From assembly GCA_043228905.1 (NCBI GenBank), contig JBHGNT010000002.1, positions 20,770,001-20,834,000 on the forward strand: DNA of 64,000 bases, written 5' to 3'. The notes beneath the pieces are model-generated. The model was given only the letters and a program-made list of their open reading frames with translations, was not told where the DNA came from and searched no databases. How positions within the stretch are numbered: position 1 is the stretch's first letter; each line of letters opens with the position of its first letter. This document shows positions 38,924 to 50,584 of this stretch, piece by piece. The position numbers and the translations under genes were made by a program. Origin of the DNA: Azolla caroliniana (Eukaryota; Plantae; Polypodiophyta).

Positions 38924-41900
38924 TCACTCCACTACGTCTGGGCCCCTTGACCGAGTAACTGGTCTTGTTCCCGATCGTGGTCCCTTCTTCAGCCTTTTTC
39001 TGGTTGGTTCCCCATTTAGCCTTGCTTCTTTCACCCAATGCGCAAGTGTGTCCTCCTCCGACAACCTTCCCATCGCCTCAACAGCTAATTGCACATCAGC
39101 CGTTTCTTGAACTAGCTTTTCAAGTACAGAGGGATCTGTTTGGACATTTTCAGTAGTTGGGCTCGGTGGGGTGGAATCAAGGTCTTGAGATTCGAAGAAA
39201 TGTTGCATCAAGTGTTCATAAACACTGTTGTTGTGAACCTCTGTTTTACATGTTGTTTCCACTATTTCATTGCATTTCACATCGTTGCCTAATTCAGTAC
39301 ACTGTTCCAAAAGAATAGGGTGGAGCTGATTTGAAGGAGATGTGATAGCCGGACTCTTACTTTCAGCCACGTTGGCAGCAGTATCCTCATCTGTTGCAGC
39401 GTCATCAGCACCAGACACATCATGTGCCGTCCTTAATCCACAAGATTCTACAATAACATGGCAGCTATTTAGGATAACTAATTAGCTACTTTACTAAACT
39501 ATGGTAGAAGCTAGGATAGCTAATTAGCTAGTACAATAGCTAATTAGCTAGTACGATAGCTAATTAGGATAGCTAATTAGCTAGTACGATAGCTAATTAG
39601 CTACTTTACTCAACTATGGTAGTAGCTAGGATAGATAATTAGCTACTATGGTAGCTAATTAGCTACTTTACTCAACTATGGTAGTAGCTAGGATAGCTAA
39701 TTAATTAGCTACTTTACTCAACTATGGTAGTAGCAAGGATAGCTAATTAGCTACTATGGTAGCTAATTAGCAACTTTACTCAACTATGGTAGTAGCTAGG
39801 ATAACTAATTAATTAGCTACTTTACTCAACTATGGTAGTAGCTAGGATAGCTTATTAGCTACTTTACTAAACTATGGTAGTAGATAGGATAGCTAATTAG
39901 CTACTATGGTAGCTAATTAACTACTTTACTCAACTATGGTAGTAGCTAGGATAGCTAATTAGCTACTAGGATAGCCAATTAGCTACTAGGATAGCTAATT
40001 AGCTAGTAGGATAGCTAATTAGCTACAATGAAAGATAATTAGCTACTTTCTCAACTATGTAGTAGCTAGGATAGCTTATTAGCTACTAGGATAGCTAATT
40101 AGCTGCTAGTAGCTAATTAGCTACTAGGATAGCTTATTAGCTACTTTACACAACTATGGCAGTAGCTAATTAGCTACTATGATAGCTAATTAGCTAGTAG
40201 GATAGCTAATTAGTTGCCAATAGCTAATTAGCTACTAGGATAGCTAATTAGCTAGTAGGATAGCTAATTAGTTGCTAGTAGCTAATTAGCTAGTAGGATA
40301 GCTAATTAGCTTTTTTACACAACTATGGTACTAGCTAATTAGCTAGTACCATAGCTAATTAGCTACTAGGATAGCTAATTAGCTACTAGGATAGCTTATT
40401 AGCTACTTTACACAACTATGGCAGTAGCTAATTAGTTACTAGGATAGCTAATTAGTTGCCAGTAGCTAATTAGCTAGTAGGATAGCTAATTAGCTTTTTT
40501 ACACAACTATGGTACTAGCTAATTAGCTAGTACCATAGCTAATTAGCTACTAGGATAGCTAATTAGCTAGTAGCTCATTAGCTGCTAGTAACTAATTAGC
40601 TAGTAGGATAGCTAATTAGAAAAGACTAAGCTTATTAGCTACAGTATGGTATACTTGTTAGTTTTCTCCACTCATTTGGTAGAGCTGTACTGCAATCTCC
40701 CAAACAGAATGCAGCAATTCGACAGGCATGTTGAAAACAAAGCAGATGGTATGTGTGGTTGCATGGTTGTAGGTGAACCAACAAAGACACAGTTTTGTCC
40801 TCCACACCTAACCCGCAAGCGATGCAACGTGCTTGAACTGTCAATAAATCATTTTCTGGTTCTGCTTCATTTGGTAAGGGACCAAGAATGTTCAGGTCCA
40901 AATCTTGTCTGGTCCTTACCATTCCCTCCACAAAATGTAGCTGCTTCTTAAGGCAGCTAACTACCTGTTCTTGATGAATGTATTGTTCCTTCAACGCAAC
41001 AGAGAAATTTACCGATTAATTATTCTTGTTGTTGAAAGATACACCAACTTTGCTCAGGAATCGTTTACTTACTTGAAGCTTATCCAAATTGTAATCTGCA
41101 ATAGTATTTACACCTAGAAGGTCCAGGTTCATTGAAAGAACCTGGATCTCTATTTGCAGTTCTATTTTACGCTGGGGATCCAGTGGCCCCTCTAATTCAA
41201 GCTCCTGTTGCGCAACCTATTCCAGATAATGCTTGATTAGCACATTTTACCCTTAAATTTATTTATAACATAATCACATACCAGCAAAACAATAGTTACC
41301 TGAATCTTATTTCTAATTGTTGTAACAACGGAAGTAACTTTGCTCTCCATTGCAGAAGCCATTGTGGCTTTCTCTAAATCAGTCTTAAAAAATGCCAATG
41401 TCTCACAGGCTTCATGGACTTTTTTTAGCATATAGCTAACCAATGTCTCACCTGTATCATCGACATTGGCTTTCCTTGGGTGTCGGTGTGGTGTATGCCC
41501 CCGGTCTTGTTGGGAGTCAGCAGTTGCATCAACAGCTGCCATGCTCCAAAATCTGTCTATTTTTTGTGCCAAGGTCCCCATCTTTCGGCATCTTTTTACC
41601 GATGCCTCACCATAGACTGCCCAAGCTACCCTATACATTTCAGGGTCTCTGGATTCCTTCGTTGTTTTGCAATACTCATATGCAAATGCTCTAGCAACTG
41701 AAACTGACAACTCATTGCAGTCTCATGCAGTCATCGTACAAGTCGGCTCGTACATGCTTCAACTTGACCTTGCCTTTGACTCTAGGCACTGTATATACTG
41801 TCATCCAGTCTACATCACTGATCAATTTATCACTTAGGACAGCAGGGTCAACACCCTCGAGTGACAGACCATAGGTGTTGTGGAAGTCCTCCTTTGTCTC

Positions 41901-42589
41901 GCAAAATTTTGCGAAGTTTAGCACTCTCGTATACGGAGGAACGAGCCATCTGAAATATCATTTCAGAAATCAGAAATAGTGCAAAATCAGAATATGTGAG
42001 AATCAGAAACCCCAATCAACAACAACAAAAATGGTGCAAAATCTTTAACTTAGCAAATCAAAAACCCTAATCATAATTTGTATTCAGAAATTTGAAATCA
42101 GAAACCCTAATCAAAATCTGTAATAAGAAGATTGTAACCAGAAACCTTATTCAGAAATTCTAATAAGAAATTCTAATCAGAAATTTATAATCAAAAACCC
42201 TAATCAGAAATTTCAATCAGAAACCCTAATAAAAAATTTCTATCACAAACCCTAATTAGAAATCCTAAACAGAAATTTATAAACAAAAACCCTATTAAGA
42301 AATTCTAATCAGAAATTCTAATCTGTAATCAAAATTTGTAACCAGAAACCCTATTCAGAAATTCTAATCAGAAATTTATAATAAAAAACCCTAATCAGAA
42401 ATTTCAATCAAAAACCCTAATCAGAAATTTCAATCACAAACCCTAATCAGAAATTCTAATCAGAAATTTATAAACAAAAACCCTAATCAGAAATTTCAAT
42501 CAGAAACCCCAATCATCACTAAAGACAGGATTAAACACAAAAAAAGTAATATAAACACACCTGTTGCTACTCCCTGATTTGCGAGACAT
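38924..42589 (-). CDS. Transposon cargo: 5-exon protein with an unknown N-domain, coiled coil, RING-like finger and acidic disordered tail; one frameshift at about 41711
   Basis: Exons 42589-42561, 41949-41300, 41216-41073, 40988-40655 and 39447-38924 all have GT-AG junctions with matching phases. RING-like CIAC-x17-CNHTYHLLC-x9-CLGDC; basic RKRLKK near the C-terminus. Confidence 0.68.
39460..40640. repeat. Second AGCTAATTAGCT palindromic array, filling intron 4 of the RING cargo gene
   Basis: Dozens of TAGCTAATTAGCTA copies with ACTAGGAT or CTTTACTCAACTATGGTAG spacers between donor 40654 and acceptor 39448. Confidence 0.95.
41960..42515. repeat. Telomere-like/telo-box minisatellite (AAACCCTAAT / CAGAAATT) in intron 1 of the RING cargo gene
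   Basis: More than 10 AAACCCTA copies alternate with TCAGAAATTT at about 14-bp spacing. Confidence 0.85.
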
Positions 42590-43471
42590 CCTTGTATAGG
42601 ACTCCAAGAACTTCGCCCTATTCGATTTTGGGGAAATATGAATCGGCACCAAAGTTCAAACAGTAGTAAAAAAGAAAAAACAAATGTTTGGGGTTTCTGT
42701 AACTGAAACATACCTGGACGATGATCGAGCGGGTTCTGTGTTGTAGCTCTCAATCTGCAATGTCGATTTTCTACTGTTGCGGGAGCTACGTCTGCGTTTG
42801 TGCTCTGAGTACTCCATCTGCATTCAAAATCAGACTTAGGCTAAACAGGAAATTGATGACATTGAAGTCGACCTTAGATGATGGTGCTATTCCCCAAGTT
42901 CCACTATGTCTGAAACAGAAGTTCAAATATTTGAGTTTTTTCATAAATTAGTTTTTCAAATATTTGATTTTCCCACAAAAAAGACTAGCTAAAAAAATAG
43001 CTAATTAGCTATGGCCATTTTAGTAGCTAATTAGCTATAATAGTGTTTCCACTCGCATGCTTTTACCCTAATCCGACTTTATCGGCTACTTAACAATAAG
43101 GCCGTCACTTAATACACGCGTAAGATATAACAATTAACACAGAACAGTAATCAATACGTGACGATAAAACAAGAAGCTTATATTAATTCTCCGTTAAAGT
43201 TTTACATTGTAACCGGGCCTTTATATAGGTCACCGATGCTGTGTACAAAACGGTGCCAACCGGCACCTGTTCGGAACCGGTCCGGATCCGGATCGGCATA
43301 CCGATTCCGGTCCGTCCGTTCACCACATAATTATACTCTACTCTACTTAATTAAAATATATTCCAAATAACCATCCCATTCACATTCTGGTCTTTACTCT
43401 TTTGCCGACCGGGTAACACATGGCACGCCCGTGGGACAGTACCTTGTACGTCGAATCCCACTATCCGGCCC

Positions 43472-46444
43472 TTAGCCTTCGTCCAAGATATCCAGAATAC
43501 TCTGCTCCAGGGTATCCAATGGTTGTTCAGAACTCTGTAATAGTTGTTGTTGTTGTGGCTGCTATTGCTGCGGTTGCTGTTGTGGCTCCGGCTCCTTCGA
43601 CTATTGCTCCTTAGATGGCGTCTGTTCGGCTCTCGGTACCGACGGTTGTGGCTCCGATGATGGCTCCTCATCGCTGAGGTTGACGGTCGCCGCCTGCTTT
43701 GCTTCTTCTCTCCGTAGCCTGGTCTGTTCATAGCTTTCAAACTGGATTTGAGCATCCAGTCGATCATCATCTAGCTGTGCTACAAGTTGTCGGACCACTG
43801 CTGGCTGCTCCTCCGCCAGAGTTACAAAATCTTTGGCTAACTCATCTCTTACAGCGGTAAAGTCCTCCTTCGTTAGCATGTAGCAGTCGTCGCCATCCTT
43901 CTGCCGGTTTTCCGCATCCGCCCGTAGCAACTGGAGCTCGGTTCTATGCTTTGCTCATTTGTCCCACCATTGTGCGGAGCTTTCATCAATCAAGCGTTTG
44001 GTCTTGTTCCTCCATGCCTGGACAATGAACTGGATCCGCTCCAATCCCATCTTCGATTTGTCCTCCGCGGCTTGCCGTTCGTCCTTCAACTGCTTGATCA
44101 GTGCCACCGTATCCACCTCCTGCTCCCGGTAATGTGACAATTGGGTTTGATAGGTGTTATGCAGCCTTTGCAAGACCATCGTCGCTCTTTCCTTCTCTTC
44201 ATAATGCTGCTTATGGAGCTCCATCCGTTCTTGCGCGGCTTCCTCCAGTAGCGTGGTTCTTTCAACCTGTTCCTCCGCTAGCCCCGTCTCAACTCGATGC
44301 ACCTCCTGCCGGAGCTCTGCCATCTTCTCCTATTGTTTCTTATGCTCCGTATCCAGGTGCTTGTAGTCCCGGTGCAGGTGCTCAAAATCATGGGTCTTCT
44401 GCTTCAGCTTTTGGTTGAGTTTCCGGCGAGCGCGGTCTTCCCGATCCTTCTGTTGACGGAGTTCTTCTTTAAGTCTTTCGATCTCTGTTTCCGCCATCCG
44501 TCGCAGCTTCTCCTTTTCTTGCAGCGCCATCTCTTTCTCCTCCTTCAGCCAGTCATAGGCCTGATGCCCTTTCCGCAGATTCTCTTCTGCTCGGCGGAGA
44601 TTCTCAACAGTCTTTTGTTGCTCTTCTTTTGCCGCTTTCTTCAAGTCCCGCTCTCGGGTGCGTAATGCTTCCTGTGCGGCCAGTTCATCTCTCAATTCAG
44701 CAAGCTCTTTTGCTTGCGTCGCCACTATCTCCGGGACTGGGTCCGTCTCCGGGGTCTTATTGCTATGTATAGGTGTCAGGGTTTCTTTATTCTGTACATC
44801 GACCGGAGTCACCGGTGCTTGGAGCTGTGGTCTGGTTAAGGCCATTTTGGCCAATTCTTCTGTGGCCAGGTCCAAGTCTTGTTCTAGGCTCCGGATCCTT
44901 GACCGACCCGTTTCTAGTTCTCCGGTTGTGACGATCAACCGGTCCATCTGCGCTTTCTCTTCCACCTCTATGTAGTGTACCACTCCGGCAATCTGTTCTC
45001 CAATCCACTGGAGCCATTGGCTGTCGTTGCCCTATTGTTGCGTCTTCCCAGAGGTTTGGCTGTTGGTGTCACTGGCCAGTGGTCAGTTTTGTCCGGTTGC
45101 GTCGAGCTGCAACTCTGGCTCTTGTTGGTGACCACTTTGCCTTTCTGGTTGCGGCTCCGTTGGCCGCTCTGCCTCTGAATGCTCTTGGCCTGCCGGTGGG
45201 GTAGGCAACTGTACTTCCGGCGCTTGCATTTCGGGTCTTGCCGTATCTTGACCCGCCGATAGAGGTTGTTGTGCAGGGAGCTCTGTGACCGGTTCTGTCC
45301 GAACTGGTTCCAGTTCCGTCCTTGGTGCGTGCTGCTCAGTGTGGGGTACATGTGTTCCATCCTTCTTTGGGTCCGAATGCTCCCCGGCCTATTCGGAGGT
45401 ACTTGCCTTCTGGCGCCGCTAGAGGTGCTCTAACGGTTCCTCCTCTGCTTCCTCCTCCTGAGTCCCGATGTTGATTTTTGCTGCCAAGGGGTCTGACGCT
45501 TGTTGAACCGGTCAGTGAAGCCTGATCTTGATTGGCCGTACCGGTGGCTCCTCCTGCGTTTCTGCCTGCCGCTTCCTATTGGCACGCTTCTTTGCCGCCT
45601 GGTCCGTTTCGGCCGCCTTCCCTTTGGTTGCCTTAGAAGCCAACAACTGTTGTCGTTTCGAGGCCGTTTTCGGGGTGCCTTCGGTTGTTCTTCCCCGCTT
45701 CGTGGTCTTGATGGGTTCGATAGGTGGCGCCAATAGGGTGAGCCATTGCGCCACTGCCGTCCATATCTTCCGACCCTCTTTGCCTCTGACAGAGTCGATG
45801 GCCGCACAGAGGCCATCCACAATCAGTACCGCCCAGTCCACCTTCACACCTTCATATGTAGCTATGATTAAGCCGGCCCGGTTCTGAGGCATGCACGGGG
45901 GTCGAGGGTATACATGTCCAAATTCATGGAGCACCCGGGCAATCTCTCGACAGAGTGGGTCTTCGCCGCCCTATGTCTGGTAGGCCTTGTTGGCCAGAGA
46001 GTATTCCCTAAAATATTTTCGGAGCTGTTCCGGGGTAGGGTTGTCGATAGTGAAGATTCCCCCTTCCGGAAGGCCAATCAACACATGGATGGCCTCCTCA
46101 GTGATCAGCTCCGTATCGATTTCTTTGACTATCTTCTTCGCCTCCCAGTGCGGTGGTGCCTCCATGATTGTGAGGAAACCTTCTAACCCATGTTGCCTTA
46201 GCCACTTCTTGGCTGCTTCAGAGAGTGCTTGGCAGTCCATGGCTTCGTCGAGGTCAGTGAGCGCTGGTGAGGGTTGTGTGTGAGGAGGCTCTCGTTTGCT
46301 GATCCTCAATCGCCTGTCTGCGTTTGTGCTCCTCTGTTCGCAAAATGTGAGGGTTTCTATGTGGCGGGGGTCTTCTTGTTGCATGTTGGTGCTTGTTTTT
46401 TTTCTTACCTGCGCGTGGTGTACTAAAGTAGAATGTCGTGCCAT
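43472..46444 (-). pseudogene. Extra sense ORF downstream of gypsy pol (env position), about 990 codons, long coiled coil, broken by stops
   Basis: ORFs 45971-46444, 45512-45934, 44330-44983, 43955-44323 and 43601-43930 are all in one frame ending at TAA 43472; E/K/R/Q-rich heptad-like C-terminal half. Confidence 0.72.
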
Positions 46445-46610
46445 GTGGTGGCGGTTTAATACCCTATTAATAGCCCACTACGTACCTTTACAAAGTGCAT
46501 GTTCACTCCTTGTTCTTGCATGTGTCTGTTCACCCCTCGTCCTTGCATGATTTACTTTGATTTGATTTGATTTTTTTTAATTTTTAATTTTAAAGATAAC
46601 AATGGTTTTG

Positions 46611-49600
46611 TTAATTCGCATCCGGTCCTATTGGACCCCTATCCGGATTGTGGTCCTTGCCGGCCATTGGACTTCTTGCCGTTGCGTCATTCTTGCCGTT
46701 TACCGGCTCATGCTCCCTCTTACCGGCTTCGCGCTTGCCGATTGCTGAACATGTTGCCGTCTCTTCCGACTTACCAGTGTCCAGTTCTATGTCGCCCTTT
46801 ACTTGTTCAAATGGGTTTCTTGGCATGGGTCCATGGTATGGTTTGAGTCGGAACCCATTGAACCATTTACCCAGAACCTCACCGGCGAGTGTCCCTAATT
46901 GGTAGGAACCGTTGAACTCACGCGTAATCCAGTATGGTTTGGTCCACCGAAACCGTAGCTTTCCCGGCATCTTACCCATCCGGGTCTGGACCACGAGTAC
47001 CGGCTTACCGATTCCGAACATCTTTTCGTTCCCTTTTCGTTGACAATCCACGAACGCTTTCCTTCGCCGCTGCTCTAGTTCTAGGTGCATGATGCTGGCT
47101 AGCTGGTGTTCTTCCAATTCGCACAACGCGTTTAACCGGATAGCTTCTGATTCCTTCTCATTTAGGCGTTCCCGAATCTGTATTCGTAAACTCGGTACCT
47201 GGAACTCTACCGGCATCACTGCTTCCAATCCGAATGCTAGGTGAAACAGTGTTGTGCGGATACTTGTCTTATATGCCGTTAGGTAGGTCAAGAGTGCACT
47301 GTGCAGCTTTGTATCCCAATCCGTCTGGTTCTCATTGACGATTTTTCGCAAGATGTTCTGTAGTGTTTTATTTGTTGACTCAGCTAATCCGTTGGCTTGC
47401 GGATAATAGGGAGTACTCCGTTTGTGCACCACCGCATAAAATGTCGTTAAACTTTCCACTACTTGCCCTAAGAAGTGCCCACCTTGGTCACTTATGAGCT
47501 CTATCAGACATCCATATCGGCACTAGATGCATTCATATAAAAATTTTGCTGTGGATGCCGCGGTGTTGTCGTGTAGTGCTTTGGCTTCCACCCATTTTGT
47601 GCAGTAATCCGTAGCGACGATCATGTACCGGTTGCCGGTTCTCATGGCCGGTGGTTTGAATGGACCGACAAAACCTAGCCCCCATTTCTGAAATGGTTCT
47701 ACCGGTAGCACGAGCTGGTGAGGCATTCTGGCTTGTTCGGTTGGTTGACCCATTCGTTGACATAGGTCACATTCTTTAGCGTACCGGATTGCATCCTTCA
47801 ATGTTGTCGGTGACCATAGTCCGCTCTGCCATATTTTCCTTGCCGTAGTGTCTCCGGCATAATGTCTTCCAGCCACGCTGCAGTGTACTTCGCGCAATAT
47901 TATTCCCTTTTCGTCGCTGCGCACTACACGACGCCATATGCCATCTGCGCCTTTGTGTTACAATGTGTCCTGTAATAGACAGAAGTGCCGGCTTTGAACC
48001 GCTAAGTGTTTCCTTTCGTCTCTGTTCATCTCCTCCGGAGGTAAGCCGGTGCTCAGAAATTGGTGCATGTTGGTGAGCCACTTGTCTTCTTTTGCAACCG
48101 TACTATCGGATGTCGTTTCTGTTATGACTCCAAACAGCTCTGCATCTGGAAAGTCGTTTGGGAGTCCGTCATCAGTTTCACTGGAATCTAACCGGCTTAA
48201 ATAGTCTGCTACCGCATGTTGTATGCTGGGTCGGTGGAATATCTCAAACTCGAATTCTTGCAATAGTAACGTCCACCGGGCCAACTTACCAGTGAGTGAT
48301 GCTTTGGACACAAAGTAGAGAAGCGCCGAATGATCTACGTGAAAGGAAAATTTCCTTCCCAACAGATAGTGTCTAAACTTGGTGACACTGTAGATCATAC
48401 CCAAAGCCTCCCTTTCTGTCGTGGAATAATTACGTTCCGCTTGGGACAGCTTCCGGTTGGCATAATAGACTCGCTAGTACCATTTCGGCTCTGTAAGTTG
48501 CATCAGCGTTCTTCCGATTGCGATGTCGGACGCGTCAACGAACACATGGAACTCTTTAGAACAATCCGGAGGTTGCACCACCGGCGCTTGTGACAACAGT
48601 ACTTTTAGTGCCCGGTAAGCCTGGTCTTCTGTGTCCGTCCATCGAAACGGTGTCCGATGTACCATGGCATGCAGAGGTGTAGCCATGTCTGCTAGATACC
48701 GGAGCATTCGGCTATGCCACCGAATTTGTCCTAAGAACCGGCTTAGTGCCTTTGCCATGGCTGGTGTCGATGCCTCCAGGATTGCTTTTACTTTGTCAGG
48801 ATCCACTACGATACCGTCCTTGCTCACTATGTGGCCTAGTAACGCTCCGATGTTTACTCCGAACACGCATTTTGCCGGGTTCAGGCTTAGTCGGTAACCC
48901 CACATTTCTCCAGACATAGTCGGAGGTGCTGAAGGTGATCCCGTTCCTGGCTATAAACAACGAAGTCGTCCAAGAACACCTACATGAATGCCGGAATGAA
49001 TTCTCCGAAAATCTCCTTGATGATCCGCTGGAAGGTTGCCGACACCGTTTTCAGTCCGAACATCATCACTACGGCAACAAAGACTCCCCATTCGGTGACA
49101 AAAGCGGTTTTCTCCTAGTCGGCGGGGTGCATCCGGATCTGATTATAGCCGTTGAAACCGTCCAAAAAACTGTAGACCTCATGGCCGGGGACCGCATCTA
49201 GGACTCCATCCGTGAATGGAAGTGGGAAGGGGTTCGTTACCATAGCCGCATTCAATTTCCGGTAGTCGACACACACTCTTATCTTACCGGTCGGATGAAG
49301 CCCACTCTTAGCAACTTGTCGATTTTTTCTTTGACTTTTGTTGCGTAATTCGGGTTCATCCGGTAACGCTGTTGCGCTACCGGTTTGGCATCTTTACTCA
49401 GATGTATCTGGTGTTGATACAACTGAGGATCGAGTCCCGGCATGTCCTCGTAGGACCAGGTGAACACATCGTGAAATTCTTTTAGGAGTGTGATCTTTGC
49501 CGTTTTGTTCTCCGGGGTCATTTTCTTGGCGATGTGCACCAGTCTTGTGTCCTCTGTGGTACCTAGGTTTACCTCTTCTAGTTGGGATGCTTTCATGCGC

Positions 49601-50584
49601 TGCAATACTGCCATTTCTTTTTCCAGTGCCTCCTGTGATTGCCATAATTCCCGAATTGCTTCTTTATTCAGTTCCTCGTCGGTCCCGTCCGGTTGCAGTA
49701 CGTACGGTGATACTGCTTCGGCTACATCAATCTCGAACAGAGGTACGATCTTCGGATTTTCCTGTAAGTATTGATCGACCTCTTCGTCCGCCAATCCTTC
49801 CAGCATGTTGACACATTCCGCATACAATGGCATTGATTCCTTGCTGGTATCGGATCGTGGTTCAGTTGGTACTCGTACTTTCGTTTTTCCACGCCGGAAC
49901 ATAATTATATTCTTCCTCCAGTTTTGCTTTATGTGTGTTGTTTTTAACCAAGGGCGTCCCAACAATAGTGGGTAAGCTCCCTGAGCCTGTAGCTGGAGAA
50001 CTACTGCGGAAATGCGAAATGTGTGACCCCCGATGGTCACTTCTAGATCACGTATTAATCCGGTCGGCCGTACTGAGCTTGTGCGCCATCCAAAGCCAAA
50101 ACGGGCATGGTTCCCAGTCCTGGATTCCTAGCGTGTTACACGTTCGGAGGCTGATCACGTTCACGCCGGATCCTCCATCGATAATCATGCCCGGTAGCTC
50201 ATTTCCTTTCACAATGGTTGTGATTGCCAGACTCCTCGTGTCCACCACTGCCGGTCCTTCCTCCGGATTCAAAAAGAATGCCGGAGCCGGTGGTGTGTTA
50301 GCTGCCGTCCTTCCTGTCTTCAGTCCTTTCGTGAAGCGTGGTACCAGTTGCAACAGCCAGCCTAACGCTTGCCATGTTGGGTTTTCGGGTTGCCCCGGGC
50401 CGATGAGCTCTTCGGCATTCTCCTGTTGTTGTTCGAGCTCTGCCGCATTCTGCTCATTTGCCTTCTTCACCCATTCGGTTGCCTGCTTCCGGATGGCTTC
50501 TTGAGTTTCCCACTCCGTGGCTTTGCCTTTTGATCTTGTAGTGACTTGTTGTATGTCCGCGACTTCCGCGTCTACCATGTTCAC
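46611..50584 (-). pseudogene. Gypsy pol (PR-RT-RH-INT)
   Basis: IIDGGSGVNVI, FTWSYEDMPGLDP, LSLNPAKCVFG, KFRHYLLG..VDHSAL, H..HY..C..CQ zinc finger and integrase core; several stops and frameshifts. Confidence 0.92.

Larger units (their letters stand above)
32270..43068 (+). mobile_element. 10.8-kb cut-and-paste DNA transposon, Sola2-like, with accessory genes
   Basis: TIRs GGGTGAAAGCATGCGAGTGGAAACA (32270-32294) and TGTTTCCACTCGCATGCTTTTACCC (43044-43068), 24/25 match. TSD TAAT at 32266-32269 and 43069-43072; the empty site GATTAATCCGAC is seen in the sister LTR at about 50717. GRG...CYC termini with a 4-bp TSD fit Sola2. Confidence 0.88.

Noticed and set aside
38662-38960. Splice fusion of the RING gene to the FCP1-like ORF
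   Set aside because: The candidate acceptor at 38662 needs a phase-1 donor and none was found before TGA 38924; treated as separate genes pending RNA data.
41960-42515. True telomere or chromosome-fusion scar
   Set aside because: CCCTAAT motifs are interspersed with other sequence, not tandem TTTAGGG, and lie within a GT-AG intron.
32270-43068. Classification as CACTA, hAT, MULE or piggyBac
   Set aside because: GGG/CCC termini, short TIRs and a 4-bp TAAT TSD do not fit 3-bp, 8-bp, 9-bp or TTAA duplications, and the transposase motifs differ.
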